A stretch of DNA of 64,000 bases from an uncultured Acidobacteriota bacterium (GCA_963720545.1 OY970399.1:4025373-4089372); one strand, 5' to 3'; counted from the first letter of the stretch, positions 51,165 through 61,140 are shown. Made by a program: numbers and translations. Notes: generated by a model from the sequence alone, not told the origin.

Positions 51165-53525
51165 TCAAGAAGACGAAGCTTCGGGACGCGCGCCCCACTC
51201 GGATTCGCCCAGCCACGCGAGCAGTTGCTGCGCAGGCATCGGCCGGCTGATGAAGTAGCCCTGCGCCATGTCGCAGCCGAAGCGCTTGAGGATCCCCAGC
51301 CCGTCGGAGTTCTCGAGGCCTTCGGCGACGACCTTGAGTCCCATGTTGTGCCCCAGGTCGATGGTCGAACGCACGATCACGCAATCGTCGATCGTGTCCT
51401 CGCTCAGGTGGATGACGAACGACTTGTCGATCTTCAATTCGTCCACCGGCAGGCGCTTCAGGTGGGCGAGCGAGGAGTAGCCGGTGCCGAAGTCGTCGAT
51501 CGCGAGCGTTATGCCGCGCGCCTTCACCTCGCGCAGGGTCTTGAGGGCATAGGCCGCGTCCTTCATGACCGCGCTTTCGGTGATCTCGAGCACCAGCTTC
51601 GACGGGTCGAGCGCCTGGTCCTGGAGAAGTTCGCCGATGAAAGGCGCCAGGCCGGCATCATAAAGATCGAGGGCCGACAGGTTCACCGCGACGCCGAGGT
51701 CGAACCCGGCGCGATTCCATCGCGCGCACTCCTCGATCGCCTTCTTCAGCACCCACTTGGTGATGATGCCGATGTCGCCCGATTGCTCGGCCAGCGGGAT
51801 GAACTCGTCGGGAGGCAGGAGGCCGTAGACCGGATGTCGCCAGCGGACCAGTGCCTCGGCATGGACGGCCCGCCTGGTGGCGATATCGATCTTGGGCTGG
51901 AAGTCCAGCTCGAGGGCGCCGCTCGCGACCGCCTGACGAAGCTCCGAGATGATCGCGAGGCGGCGCATCGAATGCTCGTCACGGCCCGATTCGTAGAGGG
52001 CGTAGGCGCTGTGGTTCCGCTTCGCCTGGTACATCGCGATGTCGGCGCGCTTCATGAGGGTGCCGGCGTCCTCGGCGTGCAGCGGGTGCAGTGCGATGCC
52101 CATGCTCGCCTTGACGTCGATGGAAACGCCGCCGAGCTGGAACGGCGTGTCGAGCGCCCGGCCGATGCGCTGCGCGAGCTCCACCGCGCTCGCGGGCGCG
52201 GTGCTCTCGAACATCACCGCGAACTCGTCGCCGCCGAGGCGCGCGACGATGTCGCTGCCGCGGATCGTCTGCTGCAGGCGCCGGCCGATCTCCACCAGCA
52301 GGTCGTCGCCGAGGCTGTGCCCCAGCGTGTCGTTGACCTCCTTGAAGCGGTCGAGGTCCATCATCGCCATGCCGACGAGCGTGCCGCGCCGCTTGGCGCT
52401 GGCGATCCACAGCGCAAGGTGGTCGAGAAAAAGCCTGCGGTTGGGCAGTCCGGTCAGGCTGTCGTGGCTTCCCTGGTGGCGGATCTGTTCCTCGCGCGCG
52501 CCGATCTCGGTGCCCATGCGGTTGAAGGCGGTCGCGAGCTGGCCCAACTCGTCGTTCTGCGTGACGACCACCGGCGTCGAATAGTCGCCGCCGCCGATGC
52601 GCTGGGCCGCCTCGGCGAGCCGGCGCAGCGGGCTCGTCACGCCGCGCGCGAAGAACACCGCGGCGACGATGGCGAGGAACAGCGCGGCCGTGGACAGCGC
52701 GAAGATCTGCAGCTCCAGCCGGCGAAGGGGAGCCCGGGCCTCCTCGATCGAGCGCTGCAAGAGGACGTTGATGCTGGAATTGTCGCCGGTTTCGATCGGT
52801 TGCAGCATGGTCTGATACGTGTCCGAACCGAGTCGCAGTGTCTCGGGAATGGCGCCCTTGTCCCGGATTCGCTCCCAGAGAGGCAACTGCTTCTCGGGCG
52901 GGAGGGTCGAGATGAGCAAGTCTGGCGTTGCCGGGTTCGCCGGCCACAAGGACAACTCGAGTGCCGTCAGGCGCCTCACCTCCTGGAGCGCGGCGCCGTC
53001 GATGGGGAAGCCGAGGCACACCCAGGCGATCGGTTGCGGCGCGCGCACCGGCACCACCACGAAGTGGAACGGACGATGGTCGAGTACGACGATCGCCATG
53101 GCTTCGCCTTCGGAAGCGGCCTGCGCAACGAGGCCAGGGACCGGAAACGCTCGGCCCACGAAACGCCCGCCGAGGGTATCCGCGTCCACCGAGCCATCGA
53201 GAGAGATCAGGAACACGGAGTGGCCGTCGACGCGCGCGCCGAGGTTGGTGAGTGCAGACGTGATAGTGGGTTCGTCGCCCGAAGCGATCGCCTCGCGAAA
53301 CGCAAAGTCGGCCACCAGCACGCGCGCGGCGTCGGCGAGCTGGCGTCCGCGCGCCGCGAGAATGCGGTTCAGCACGCGCGCACCGACACCGAGCTCGTCG
53401 GTGACCGTCTGCCGGAGGTTGCGCTGCCCGGCGATGTGGACAGCGGTCAGCGTCGCGGTGACGAACAGGACGAGGGCGCACACCATCAGGGCGAGCAGCC
53501 TCGCCTGGAAACTGCCGCGGCGCAT
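51165..53525 (-). CDS. Membrane sensor with periplasmic domain, HAMP, GGDEF and EAL
   Basis: Two TM helices, HAMP DELGQL, HDSLTGLPNR, GGDEF, EAL, DDFGTGYSS. Confidence 0.93.
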   Translation of the reverse strand: MRRGSFQARLLALMVCALVLFVTATLTAVHIAGQRNLRQTVTDELGVGARVLNRILAARGRQLADAARVLVADFAFREAIASGDEPTITSALTNLGARVDGHSVFLISLDGSVDADTLGGRFVGRAFPVPGLVAQAASEGEAMAIVVLDHRPFHFVVVPVRAPQPIAWVCLGFPIDGAALQEVRRLTALELSLWPANPATPDLLISTLPPEKQLPLWERIRDKGAIPETLRLGSDTYQTMLQPIETGDNSSINVLLQRSIEEARAPLRRLELQIFALSTAALFLAIVAAVFFARGVTSPLRRLAEAAQRIGGGDYSTPVVVTQNDELGQLATAFNRMGTEIGAREEQIRHQGSHDSLTGLPNRRLFLDHLALWIASAKRRGTLVGMAMMDLDRFKEVNDTLGHSLGDDLLVEIGRRLQQTIRGSDIVARLGGDEFAVMFESTAPASAVELAQRIGRALDTPFQLGGVSIDVKASMGIALHPLHAEDAGTLMKRADIAMYQAKRNHSAYALYESGRDEHSMRRLAIISELRQAVASGALELDFQPKIDIATRRAVHAEALVRWRHPVYGLLPPDEFIPLAEQSGDIGIITKWVLKKAIEECARWNRAGFDLGVAVNLSALDLYDAGLAPFIGELLQDQALDPSKLVLEITESAVMKDAAYALKTLREVKARGITLAIDDFGTGYSSLAHLKRLPVDELKIDKSFVIHLSEDTIDDCVIVRSTIDLGHNMGLKVVAEGLENSDGLGILKRFGCDMAQGYFISRPMPAQQLLAWLGESEWGARPEASSS

Positions 53526-53530
53526 CGGGG

Positions 53531-54124
53531 CTACTTCTTTCCGAGCTGGAAGGTCAGGCTCTGCTGTTCGTTGGCGCCGACGCTGACAGGTTGCGGGGCA
53601 GGCTCGTTGCGCATCCCGGGGTACCACACTCGCACGTCATACGCACCCTCGGGCAGGTCGGCAAGCTCCGCACGTCCGCCGGATGTCGTGGCGAACCACG
53701 GCGTGTCCACAACCACGATGTAGGCGCTCATCAGGTCGTGGATGTTGCACCCGACCGTGACGACTCCTGGCTTGTCGAAGACGAGTGGCCCCTGCGGAGT
53801 GCCCGCGTACAACGGAAGCTGGAACCTCTTCGCCGGCGAGAAGGAGTACACCTGGTGCTTGACGTTGTCGCTGTTGGGGAAGATCACCGCCGTCCCGGTC
53901 TGTATCGGCAGGACGTGCGGCACGAAGGTGCGATTCTTCTGGTCGAGCACCGCGCGGCGCGTCGGCGCAGGCGGCCGCCTGCTCCTGGGAACGGCGTAGA
54001 CCACCGCGTCCTCGACCGTGGTTCCCCCCTGGACGTTGCGCAATTCGACGACCAGGGAGCTCGCGGCGGCGCTGGGCCTGGCGATGACAAGCAGCAGGAG
54101 GGCTGCCACGATCACGATGCGCAT
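53531..54124 (-). CDS. Exported cupredoxin-like protein (methylamine utilization MauL-like)
   Basis: DQKNRTFVP, FPNSD..HQVYSFS, GCNIHDLM. Confidence 0.78.
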   Translation of the reverse strand: MRIVIVAALLLLVIARPSAAASSLVVELRNVQGGTTVEDAVVYAVPRSRRPPAPTRRAVLDQKNRTFVPHVLPIQTGTAVIFPNSDNVKHQVYSFSPAKRFQLPLYAGTPQGPLVFDKPGVVTVGCNIHDLMSAYIVVVDTPWFATTSGGRAELADLPEGAYDVRVWYPGMRNEPAPQPVSVGANEQQSLTFQLGKK

Positions 54125-54155
54125 CTGCCCGCAGAGTATCACCGCCGCTGCGACC

Positions 54156-55241
54156 TCACCGGCCTGAAAAACGGTAGCGGAAGTCGCAGAGGATCCGCTC
54201 CCTGCCGCCACCCGCGGACGCCTCGACCCCGATGGTGAGCTTCGGCGCCGGGGTGAAGAACCCTGCGAGCGTCACGGCTTGGCGATGGAACTCGCCGTTG
54301 GTGAAGTCGTCGACGCGCACCGTCGCTCGTCCGCGCGGCAGGCGCCGCGACACGAGGACGTAGCTGGCGCGGATGTCCGCCAGGAACGAACCACCGGGGA
54401 AGAACAGTTCGGTCGGACCCCAGCCGGTCTCGCCCGCGACGGTCCAGTCGGATCGGGTGTAGTCGAAGCCCGCCACGTCGAAGCGGGTTTTCCAACCGTA
54501 GATTTCGCCATACTCCAGGCCGTCGCCGCGGTTGTCGATGTGGGTGAACAGAACCGAGAACTGGCGATGGCTCCATCCCGTGCGCGCCGACCATCCGAGC
54601 CGATGGTCTTTCTCCGCGGACACCGACGCGTAGTACTCGTCGCTGCGAACCTTCTGTCCGAGCACGCTCCATCGGTCGTTCAATGACCAGCCGGGATGGA
54701 GCGGCAGGGCGCCGAAAGTGTCGTTGCCGCGATAGACCGTCGCGCCAACCGTTGCGCCTTTGCCCATCCACGAGACGTCCAGGCCGATCGGTCGAAACTC
54801 CTCGCCGAACCACGAGTTGAGCGCCGAGGAGGAGATCGTGTACGCGTTCTCCCAGAGCGCATCGACGTTCTCGCGTGACGTGGGAAGGAAGAAGGCGCCG
54901 CCGCGGATCTTGACGCGGCTCTTCTCGCCTACGGGAAGGTGTGCCTCGGCGTACGCCTCCGGAGTTCCGAAATGACCATTCTCCGAGTGGCCATCGTCGC
55001 TGCGCGCGAGAAGATGGACATGGACGAGAAAGGTGGGAGAGGGCAACCAGTCGACGCCGGCCTGCACCTGCGCCGACGCGCTGTCGGACTCGAGCGGGTT
55101 TGCCGCCTTGGTGCTGCCGCGCAGCGCGCCGAACCCATAGACCTGCAGTGCGTCATCGGCGCGGATGTCGTGCGAGAGCGCAAGGATAGCGACGAGGGCG
55201 AGGAACACACTCGTTCCCCAGGCTCTGTATGCGGAGGGCAT
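54156..55241 (-). CDS. Putative outer-membrane beta-barrel protein
   Basis: Signal peptide, alternating beta strands, YRF near the C-terminus. Confidence 0.65.
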   Translation of the reverse strand: MPSAYRAWGTSVFLALVAILALSHDIRADDALQVYGFGALRGSTKAANPLESDSASAQVQAGVDWLPSPTFLVHVHLLARSDDGHSENGHFGTPEAYAEAHLPVGEKSRVKIRGGAFFLPTSRENVDALWENAYTISSSALNSWFGEEFRPIGLDVSWMGKGATVGATVYRGNDTFGALPLHPGWSLNDRWSVLGQKVRSDEYYASVSAEKDHRLGWSARTGWSHRQFSVLFTHIDNRGDGLEYGEIYGWKTRFDVAGFDYTRSDWTVAGETGWGPTELFFPGGSFLADIRASYVLVSRRLPRGRATVRVDDFTNGEFHRQAVTLAGFFTPAPKLTIGVEASAGGGRERILCDFRYRFSGR

Positions 55242-55344
55242 TGGCTTGGCGTCAGGGTACCAAAGCCTCTAAACGGAAGATGGCGGCGCCGGAGCAGGAT
55301 CACAGAGGCGCCGACCGTGACGGTCCACACAAAGACGAGAGTCC

Positions 55345-55373
55345 TTGCATTCGGCGAAAGCTGTTCCTACTGT
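55345..55373 (+). promoter_or_regulatory. Sigma70-like promoter of small paralog A
   Basis: TTGCAT-17 nt-TACTGT, conserved with the copy at 61085. Confidence 0.6.
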
Positions 55374-55406
55374 GGAGTTCCCCCCCTTGAAGAGTGCGAG
55401 TGCTGC

Positions 55407-55604
55407 ATGGATGCACTGGTCGGCTCACGTGTAAGGCTACTGGTCGATGTGCCCGGCTTGAAGGCCGGGACTGTGTGCGTGGTCAGGCGGGTTCTCACCT
55501 TCCCAGGCAAGGAACTGCCAGAAGATCCCCTCTCGCTGGAGCATGATGGGAAACAGGTGTCCGCTTCCCGCCGCGACGTCGAGCCGTTGATGGACGGCGA
55601 CTAG
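55407..55604 (+). CDS. Small SH3-like hypothetical protein, paralog A (65 aa)
   Basis: 45/65 identical to 61141..61338 in an ungapped manual alignment. Confidence 0.8.
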   Translation: MDALVGSRVRLLVDVPGLKAGTVCVVRRVLTFPGKELPEDPLSLEHDGKQVSASRRDVEPLMDGD

Positions 55605-55607
55605 TTC

Positions 55608-56102
55608 CTATTGCGTTTTCGGCGCCGCCTGGCGCGGGTCGTCCGCGGGATTGACATAGGTGATCGTTAGCGGGCCAATGCCGTGGACCTGCAGTATCGA
55701 TGGACGCTTGACGCGCAGGTAATGGCGCATTTCGGCGGGCATCACGACGAACCCTCCAGCCGGCAGGGTTTTCATCGCGGCCGCGTCGAACTTCTCCCCC
55801 ATGCCGACCGCCACCTCGCCCGAGATCAGCGTGAGGTGCTCGTCCGTCGGGTGCCAATGGGGAGGGATCGTGTATCCCGCAGGCATCTTCGCCCGCAAAG
55901 TGAACGGGCCGGGCTTGCCTGGATCGCCCGACAGCACGGCCATCAGTGAACCTTTCGGCAGCGCCGGTGGCGCTTCACCCCATTTGAGCGTGGCGGGCGT
56001 CATGATCGGATGAGTATCCGCGGGTGACGGCGGCGTCTGCGCGGCAGTTGCCAACGCAATCGCGAACGATCCCAGGAACGCCAGTGTGATGCCTCTGCGC
56101 AT
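55608..56102 (-). CDS. Exported cupin (DUF4437-like)
   Basis: PPHWHPTDEH, MRHY, QVHGIGP; GAGG SD; signal peptide. Confidence 0.85.
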   Translation of the reverse strand: MRRGITLAFLGSFAIALATAAQTPPSPADTHPIMTPATLKWGEAPPALPKGSLMAVLSGDPGKPGPFTLRAKMPAGYTIPPHWHPTDEHLTLISGEVAVGMGEKFDAAAMKTLPAGGFVVMPAEMRHYLRVKRPSILQVHGIGPLTITYVNPADDPRQAAPKTQ

Positions 56103-56162
56103 CTTGCCCTCCTCGACCGCACGTCGGTCTGTTCGAGGCAACTATACGACCAGCACGCCTCG

Positions 56163-59123
56163 TTAGAACTGAAATCGCAGCCCGAGCTGGAAGGCGCGTG
56201 GACCGCCCGAGCCGAACACGCCACCCGCCGTATTCACAGGTTGGCCGAAGCTCGATGACGTCAGGAAACCCGGATTGTTCGGATCGCTCGAGTCGCGGGC
56301 GAGCACGTTGGCGTAGCCCGAGTAGTTGCGGGTCGAGACGCCGAGAATGTTGGTGACGTTGAAGAGGTTGAAGACCTCGACCAAAGCCTCCAGATTGCGC
56401 CCGCCGCCCGCTGCGAACACCTTCGAAAGGCGCAGGTCGAGCGAACTGAAGCTGTCGGTGAAACGCGCATCGTCGCTCACCAGCGGCAGGAGAACGCCGT
56501 TGATGCCGCCGCTGCTGTTCAGCTGGCTCAGGTAGGCGTTCAGCTCGGCGGCGGTCTTGAACATCCTCCCGCCCGCATTCCGCGGCAGCGTCGGCACGCG
56601 GCTGGCGGCATCCGGCATCAGGATGTCCATCGGAACTCCCGTCGACCACGTAAAGAGCGGTGCGACCCGGAAGCCCGCCGGCAATTCGAACGATCCGGAA
56701 ACGGTGAGACGGTGACGCCGATCGTTGGGGCTCGGCCCGAACTCGCGCTCCAGGTCGTTCGGGTCGATGGGTCCGTTCGAGAACGGGATCTGGTCGTCGT
56801 TCGCGTAGTTCTCCGCCTTGGCCAGGGTGTAGGACGCCAGCAGGCGGTGGCGGCCGCCGCGCTTTTCGAGCGACATGAGCAAGCCCTTGTAGCGCGTGCC
56901 CACGCTCGACTCGATGTTGACGACGCGATCCGGCCCACCCACGACCGGGTTGAAGACGGTTCCCACCGTCCGGCCGATGAGGAAGTGCGTGCCCTTGTTG
57001 TAGAGGCCGTCGGCGCGCAGGTAAAGGCTGCGGGCGAGTCGCACCTCGGCGCCGAGGTTCCACTGCTGCACCTGCGGGGTCTGCATCGCGTTGTCGATGA
57101 TGTTGATGCCGGAGGCGCCGGCACCGGGCAGGATGAAGCCGGTGAAGGGATTGGCCAGGGACGGAGCGAAGGGCGGAAACTGGCCGGTTCCAGGATCGAG
57201 GAAGAAGACGTTGCCGGCCCTGACCTCGACGGGAAGGGCGCGTCCGTCGAGGCCCCTCTCGAGCGATACGATCTCGAGCGTGATGCGGTCGTAGTAGATG
57301 CCCCAGCCGCCGTGGACGCTGAGGCCTCCGGAAGGAGCAGCCCAGTTGAATCCCAGCCGCGGCCCAAAGTTGTTCTTGTCCCGCTTGCGGTCACCCCGGT
57401 AGAAGCTGGCAACGATCGGGTTCGTGTCGGCAAACCCACTGATGTTCTTGACGTCGGTGTCCATCTCCCAGCGCAGGCCCAGGTTGAGCGTCAACTGTGG
57501 AGTCAGCCGCCAATCGTCCTGCGCGAAGAAGGCGAAGTAGGTGTTGTCGCAGTTGTCGAGGAGCAGGTTGCGCGTGGGAAAGCCACTGCGGAGCGTGACC
57601 GCGAACAGCAGGTCGTTGTCATCCACCCGTGCGTCGCCGTTGTGGTCGAAGTCCGCGAAGTCTTCCACCATCTCGATGCGGCCGGCCTGGAAGACGCCCA
57701 GATCGAAACTGGTGTCGATGCTCTGCAGCTCGCCGCCGAACTTGATGCTGTGGGCGCCGCGCACCAGCGCCAGGCTGTCCGAGACCTGGAGGCGGTCCTG
57801 GCTCGTGGCCTGGGGGACGCGGAAGGAAGCGCCGTCCTGGATCGAGGGGAAGGTGAGCTGCGGCGCGCCCGGGACGACGGGCACGATGTCGTTGCGGTAG
57901 CGGCTGTAGCTCAGGGAGAGGGTGTTGAGGCTGGCATCCGACAGCGTCTTGGCCCAGGTGCCGAGCACGGAGTTGTAGACGTTCGAGCTGTCCTGCCGCT
58001 GGGACGCAGAACCAATGGAGCGATCGAGCGTGCTGGCGGAAGTATCGTCCGCGCTCTCGAACGAGTAGCGCAGCGTCACACGGTCGCCGCCGGCGGGACT
58101 CCAGTCGAGGCGCGCCGTGCCGAGCCAGTCCTGAAGCGGCCCACCGGCAAACGTGCGCCGGATCGTTCGGTTGGCAACGTCTCGCTCGCCTACGAGCACC
58201 GCCCCGTCCTGGTCGCGGTACTCGAGGGCCGCGAACCAATGCAGCCTGTCTTTCTGGAGCGGGCCGCCGAGGGCCAGCGCGTATTGCTGGCGGTCGAAGG
58301 GCGGAGCTTCCTGCCTGCGGTCGTACGTCGCGGGTAGCGACTGAAGCGACTTGTCTCGCACGAACACCGAAGCCGTTCCCTTGAGCTCGTTGGTCCCGGA
58401 ACGCGTGACCACGTTGATCGCCGAGGCGGCAGACCGCCCGCTCTCGGCGGAGTAGCGGTTGGTCGCGATCTGGAATTCCTGCACCGCGTCCTGGGGGACG
58501 TTCTGCAGTGGACCGCCGACAGCGTCGTCGTTGTTCTCCTGCCCGTCGATCGTCACCATCCCGCCGCGTCCGAACTGACCAGCCGAGGACACCACCACGC
58601 TGTTGGTCTTCGTGGGATCGAAGTTCGGCGTCGGCACATTCCCCGGCACGAGGAACGCCAGCTCCATGAAGTTGCGTCCGTTCAGGGGCAGTCGATCGAT
58701 GGCGGTCTGCCCGATGACGCCGTCCACGGTCGAGGAACCGGCGGTCACGAGCTCCGGCCTGTCCGTCACGTCCACCGTGTCCGAGACGTTGCCCAACTCG
58801 AGCACCACGTCCAACCGGTAGCGTTGCCCCACGGCCAGTGCCAGACCCTTGTGCGTGCGGGTCGCAAAACCCTTGGCGTCGGCGACGAGCGTGTAGTTGC
58901 CCGGAGGCAGCTCAGGAAACGTGAACCCGCCGGCACGGTCGGTATCGGTCGCGCGCCGCAGCGTCGTCCCCTCGGCTTCGACGACAACCCGAGCGCCATG
59001 CACAGCCTGTCCTTGCGGATCGAGCACGCGGCCCTGGAGGGTTGCCGCAATAGCCGGCGCGGCCAGGCCAGCGATGAATAGAACTATGCCGGCTCGCACG
59101 CCGATCGAGTGACGCTGTAGCAA
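56163..59123 (-). CDS. TonB-dependent receptor, Oar-like, with carboxypeptidase-regulatory N-terminal domain
   Basis: GRVLDPQG, LPLNGRNF, YSAESGR, TRSGTN, NNFGPRLGF, PRAFQLGLRFQF. Confidence 0.93.
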   Translation of the reverse strand: MLQRHSIGVRAGIVLFIAGLAAPAIAATLQGRVLDPQGQAVHGARVVVEAEGTTLRRATDTDRAGGFTFPELPPGNYTLVADAKGFATRTHKGLALAVGQRYRLDVVLELGNVSDTVDVTDRPELVTAGSSTVDGVIGQTAIDRLPLNGRNFMELAFLVPGNVPTPNFDPTKTNSVVVSSAGQFGRGGMVTIDGQENNDDAVGGPLQNVPQDAVQEFQIATNRYSAESGRSAASAINVVTRSGTNELKGTASVFVRDKSLQSLPATYDRRQEAPPFDRQQYALALGGPLQKDRLHWFAALEYRDQDGAVLVGERDVANRTIRRTFAGGPLQDWLGTARLDWSPAGGDRVTLRYSFESADDTSASTLDRSIGSASQRQDSSNVYNSVLGTWAKTLSDASLNTLSLSYSRYRNDIVPVVPGAPQLTFPSIQDGASFRVPQATSQDRLQVSDSLALVRGAHSIKFGGELQSIDTSFDLGVFQAGRIEMVEDFADFDHNGDARVDDNDLLFAVTLRSGFPTRNLLLDNCDNTYFAFFAQDDWRLTPQLTLNLGLRWEMDTDVKNISGFADTNPIVASFYRGDRKRDKNNFGPRLGFNWAAPSGGLSVHGGWGIYYDRITLEIVSLERGLDGRALPVEVRAGNVFFLDPGTGQFPPFAPSLANPFTGFILPGAGASGINIIDNAMQTPQVQQWNLGAEVRLARSLYLRADGLYNKGTHFLIGRTVGTVFNPVVGGPDRVVNIESSVGTRYKGLLMSLEKRGGRHRLLASYTLAKAENYANDDQIPFSNGPIDPNDLEREFGPSPNDRRHRLTVSGSFELPAGFRVAPLFTWSTGVPMDILMPDAASRVPTLPRNAGGRMFKTAAELNAYLSQLNSSGGINGVLLPLVSDDARFTDSFSSLDLRLSKVFAAGGGRNLEALVEVFNLFNVTNILGVSTRNYSGYANVLARDSSDPNNPGFLTSSSFGQPVNTAGGVFGSGGPRAFQLGLRFQF

Positions 59124-59203
59124 AACTCCCTCCCTGATGATCCAAGCCCGGTTGAAGAATCCCCGGCAGTGTAGCCCGAGCTCGAACTTTTAAAGAGCCC
59201 TTT

Positions 59204-59237
59204 CCGAAGTTCTGAGCCGCTCCCCCGAAGTTCTGAG
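59204..59237. repeat. 13-bp direct repeat with 21-bp period upstream of the TonB receptor
   Basis: CCGAAGTTCTGAG at 59204 and 59225. Confidence 0.65.
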
Positions 59238-59791
59238 GGCTCCTTGCGCTTGCGCCGGCCCGAAGAACCCACCGTCACCCCGAACCCTTTTGATGCCATT
59301 TTGATGACGGTCCCCGTACCTTGACTCGTCTTGTGGAGTCAAGGACCGTGCATGGCTCACTAACGGGCGCGTTGATGTCCAGCGGACGTGACCCATTGAC
59401 GGCAACGCAGACCGACGACGATCTCCTGGCGGGAAACAAAGTCTGGTTGTCGCCATAGCGCACGATCCTCACGGTGGTAGACGAGCCACAGCACATCGTG
59501 ATCAGAAGAAGGCTCCTCGCCGTAGAGAAGCCACCGCCGTTCGCTGGTAGTAAGCAGCTGCTTTCGATGCTGTCGGCTGTATCGCTTCCTTGGCATGCGC
59601 TACGCCCCTGCCCACTTACTTTTCTTTTTCGCCGGATCGGGCGTCCAAAGGGGCGGCCTAGTCGTCGCCATGCAGCCCCGATTTTCCGCCATGAGCAGTC
59701 GCGGCGGAGCGAAAGCGTCTCAGCTCCGTGGGGGGGGCGCCTTTTGAAAATCTCGAACAATACCCTCAGGCCGACTACAGGTGACGATCCG

Positions 59792-60565
59792 TCAAGGTAG
59801 GGTGAATGAGTCGCTGGCGGATCCGGCTGATGCCCAAGGCAAGTGAACCCGTCCATCATCAAGATGTCGGTTCCATTCATCTACTGCCAACAGGAACGCT
59901 TGCACCTCGCGTTGCCCAGATGGCAGCGTCGTCGGTACTGCGACCGTATCCTTTTGCGTAGCCTCATCACGACCGAAAACCACTAGCCACTTCTGAATGC
60001 CTAGGATCTTGTTCTCGCAAGCCGTGCCGGGATCGAGCCCTACCGCAGCGGTGATCCCAACGATCATCATCCTTTTGCTGGCCCATTGGGTACCCCGCGC
60101 CAGCGTGTCGTGCATCTTTGCTGGCGTGGCTCCGAGTCCCATTTGAAAGACTTCTCCGGGAATCCCGGATGGGGCCTCCAATTTGAAGTCATCCGTGACG
60201 CCGTACCACCCGAGTCGACGGCCCTCCCTTCGATCCACGGCCCAGCCGTTGAAGGATTCGTCGACTTGGCCCGTTACCGTCCGGTCCTGCTGCGTGCCGA
60301 AAGGTTGTATGTACTTTCCGGAATCCATGTCCATGGGATGAAGTACTTGGACGAACCAGTAGTTGCCGCAACGAATCGGACAGCTTTGAGGCCTATGTGT
60401 GAAGGTCAATTCGAATAGCGCTGCTTGCCCTGTGACATTCGTATCCGTCGTGGGCTCGAAGGAAAACGTGCCGCAATTCGCAAGAGGTGGATTTGGGATT
60501 GTCGGGCACGTCGAAGCACTCAGAACTAAGGAACTCACAACGGCAATACAGATTCGTTGATTCAT
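59792..60565 (-). CDS. Hypothetical exported protein or lipoprotein (257 aa)
   Basis: AGGAG SD; signal peptide ending in Cys; long ORF in lower-GC DNA. Confidence 0.65.
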   Translation of the reverse strand: MNQRICIAVVSSLVLSASTCPTIPNPPLANCGTFSFEPTTDTNVTGQAALFELTFTHRPQSCPIRCGNYWFVQVLHPMDMDSGKYIQPFGTQQDRTVTGQVDESFNGWAVDRREGRRLGWYGVTDDFKLEAPSGIPGEVFQMGLGATPAKMHDTLARGTQWASKRMMIVGITAAVGLDPGTACENKILGIQKWLVVFGRDEATQKDTVAVPTTLPSGQREVQAFLLAVDEWNRHLDDGRVHLPWASAGSASDSFTLP

Positions 60566-60627
60566 TGCATCGCTCCTGTCGAGTCAGCCGCAAAACGGGC
60601 GGACTCGTAGCCAATGAACCAGAAGCA

Positions 60628-60885
60628 TTATCGACCGCCGGACGCCCTTACCAGCCCTACGAGTACCAGGGACCCAGCGATTGCCCCAAAGATGCCTGGC
60701 ATCGGTTCTGCCGAAGCATAGTTAGCGACGAGTCCACCCAATACACCGCCTGCCACGCCTGCGCCGCTCACAATGATCCACTTCGCGAACGCACCCGGAG
60801 GTGGATCTGGCAACCAGAAGATGCGCATCAGAATTAAAGACGAAACTCCCCATCCGATTAACGCCGAAAGGACCTGAGACTGCAT
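60628..60885 (-). CDS. Small Gly-rich three-TM membrane protein (GlsB/YeaQ-like)
   Basis: GVAGGVLGG and GAIAGSLVL hydrophobic segments. Confidence 0.6.
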   Translation of the reverse strand: MQSQVLSALIGWGVSSLILMRIFWLPDPPPGAFAKWIIVSGAGVAGGVLGGLVANYASAEPMPGIFGAIAGSLVLVGLVRASGGR

Positions 60886-61084
60886 ATTCGTCGTTCCCCT
60901 TGCTCGATTGCTCGTCCTTTGCAATGCATCGCCGCGATGATTCCGCGGCGCGCTCGCATGCCTGCTGCCTCGACTCGTTTTGAGTCTTCGCTGTGGTAAG
61001 TGACGGACATCAGCTGAGCAATTCCGCATATGCGCAGGAAGACGCACCGACTCGTGTGCGGGCTTGATCGTCCGCGTTCTCATC

Positions 61085-61113
61085 TTGCAATCGTCGAAAC
61101 CGGTGCCTACTTT
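61085..61113 (+). promoter_or_regulatory. Sigma70-like promoter of small paralog B
   Basis: TTGCAA-17 nt-TACTTT, homologous to 55345. Confidence 0.6.
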
Positions 61114-61140
61114 TGAGTCCCCACCCCGAAGGGGTCAGTG

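Noticed and set aside
59183..59349. CRISPR array
   Set aside because: Only two short repeat copies, without spacer-length separation, and no cas genes
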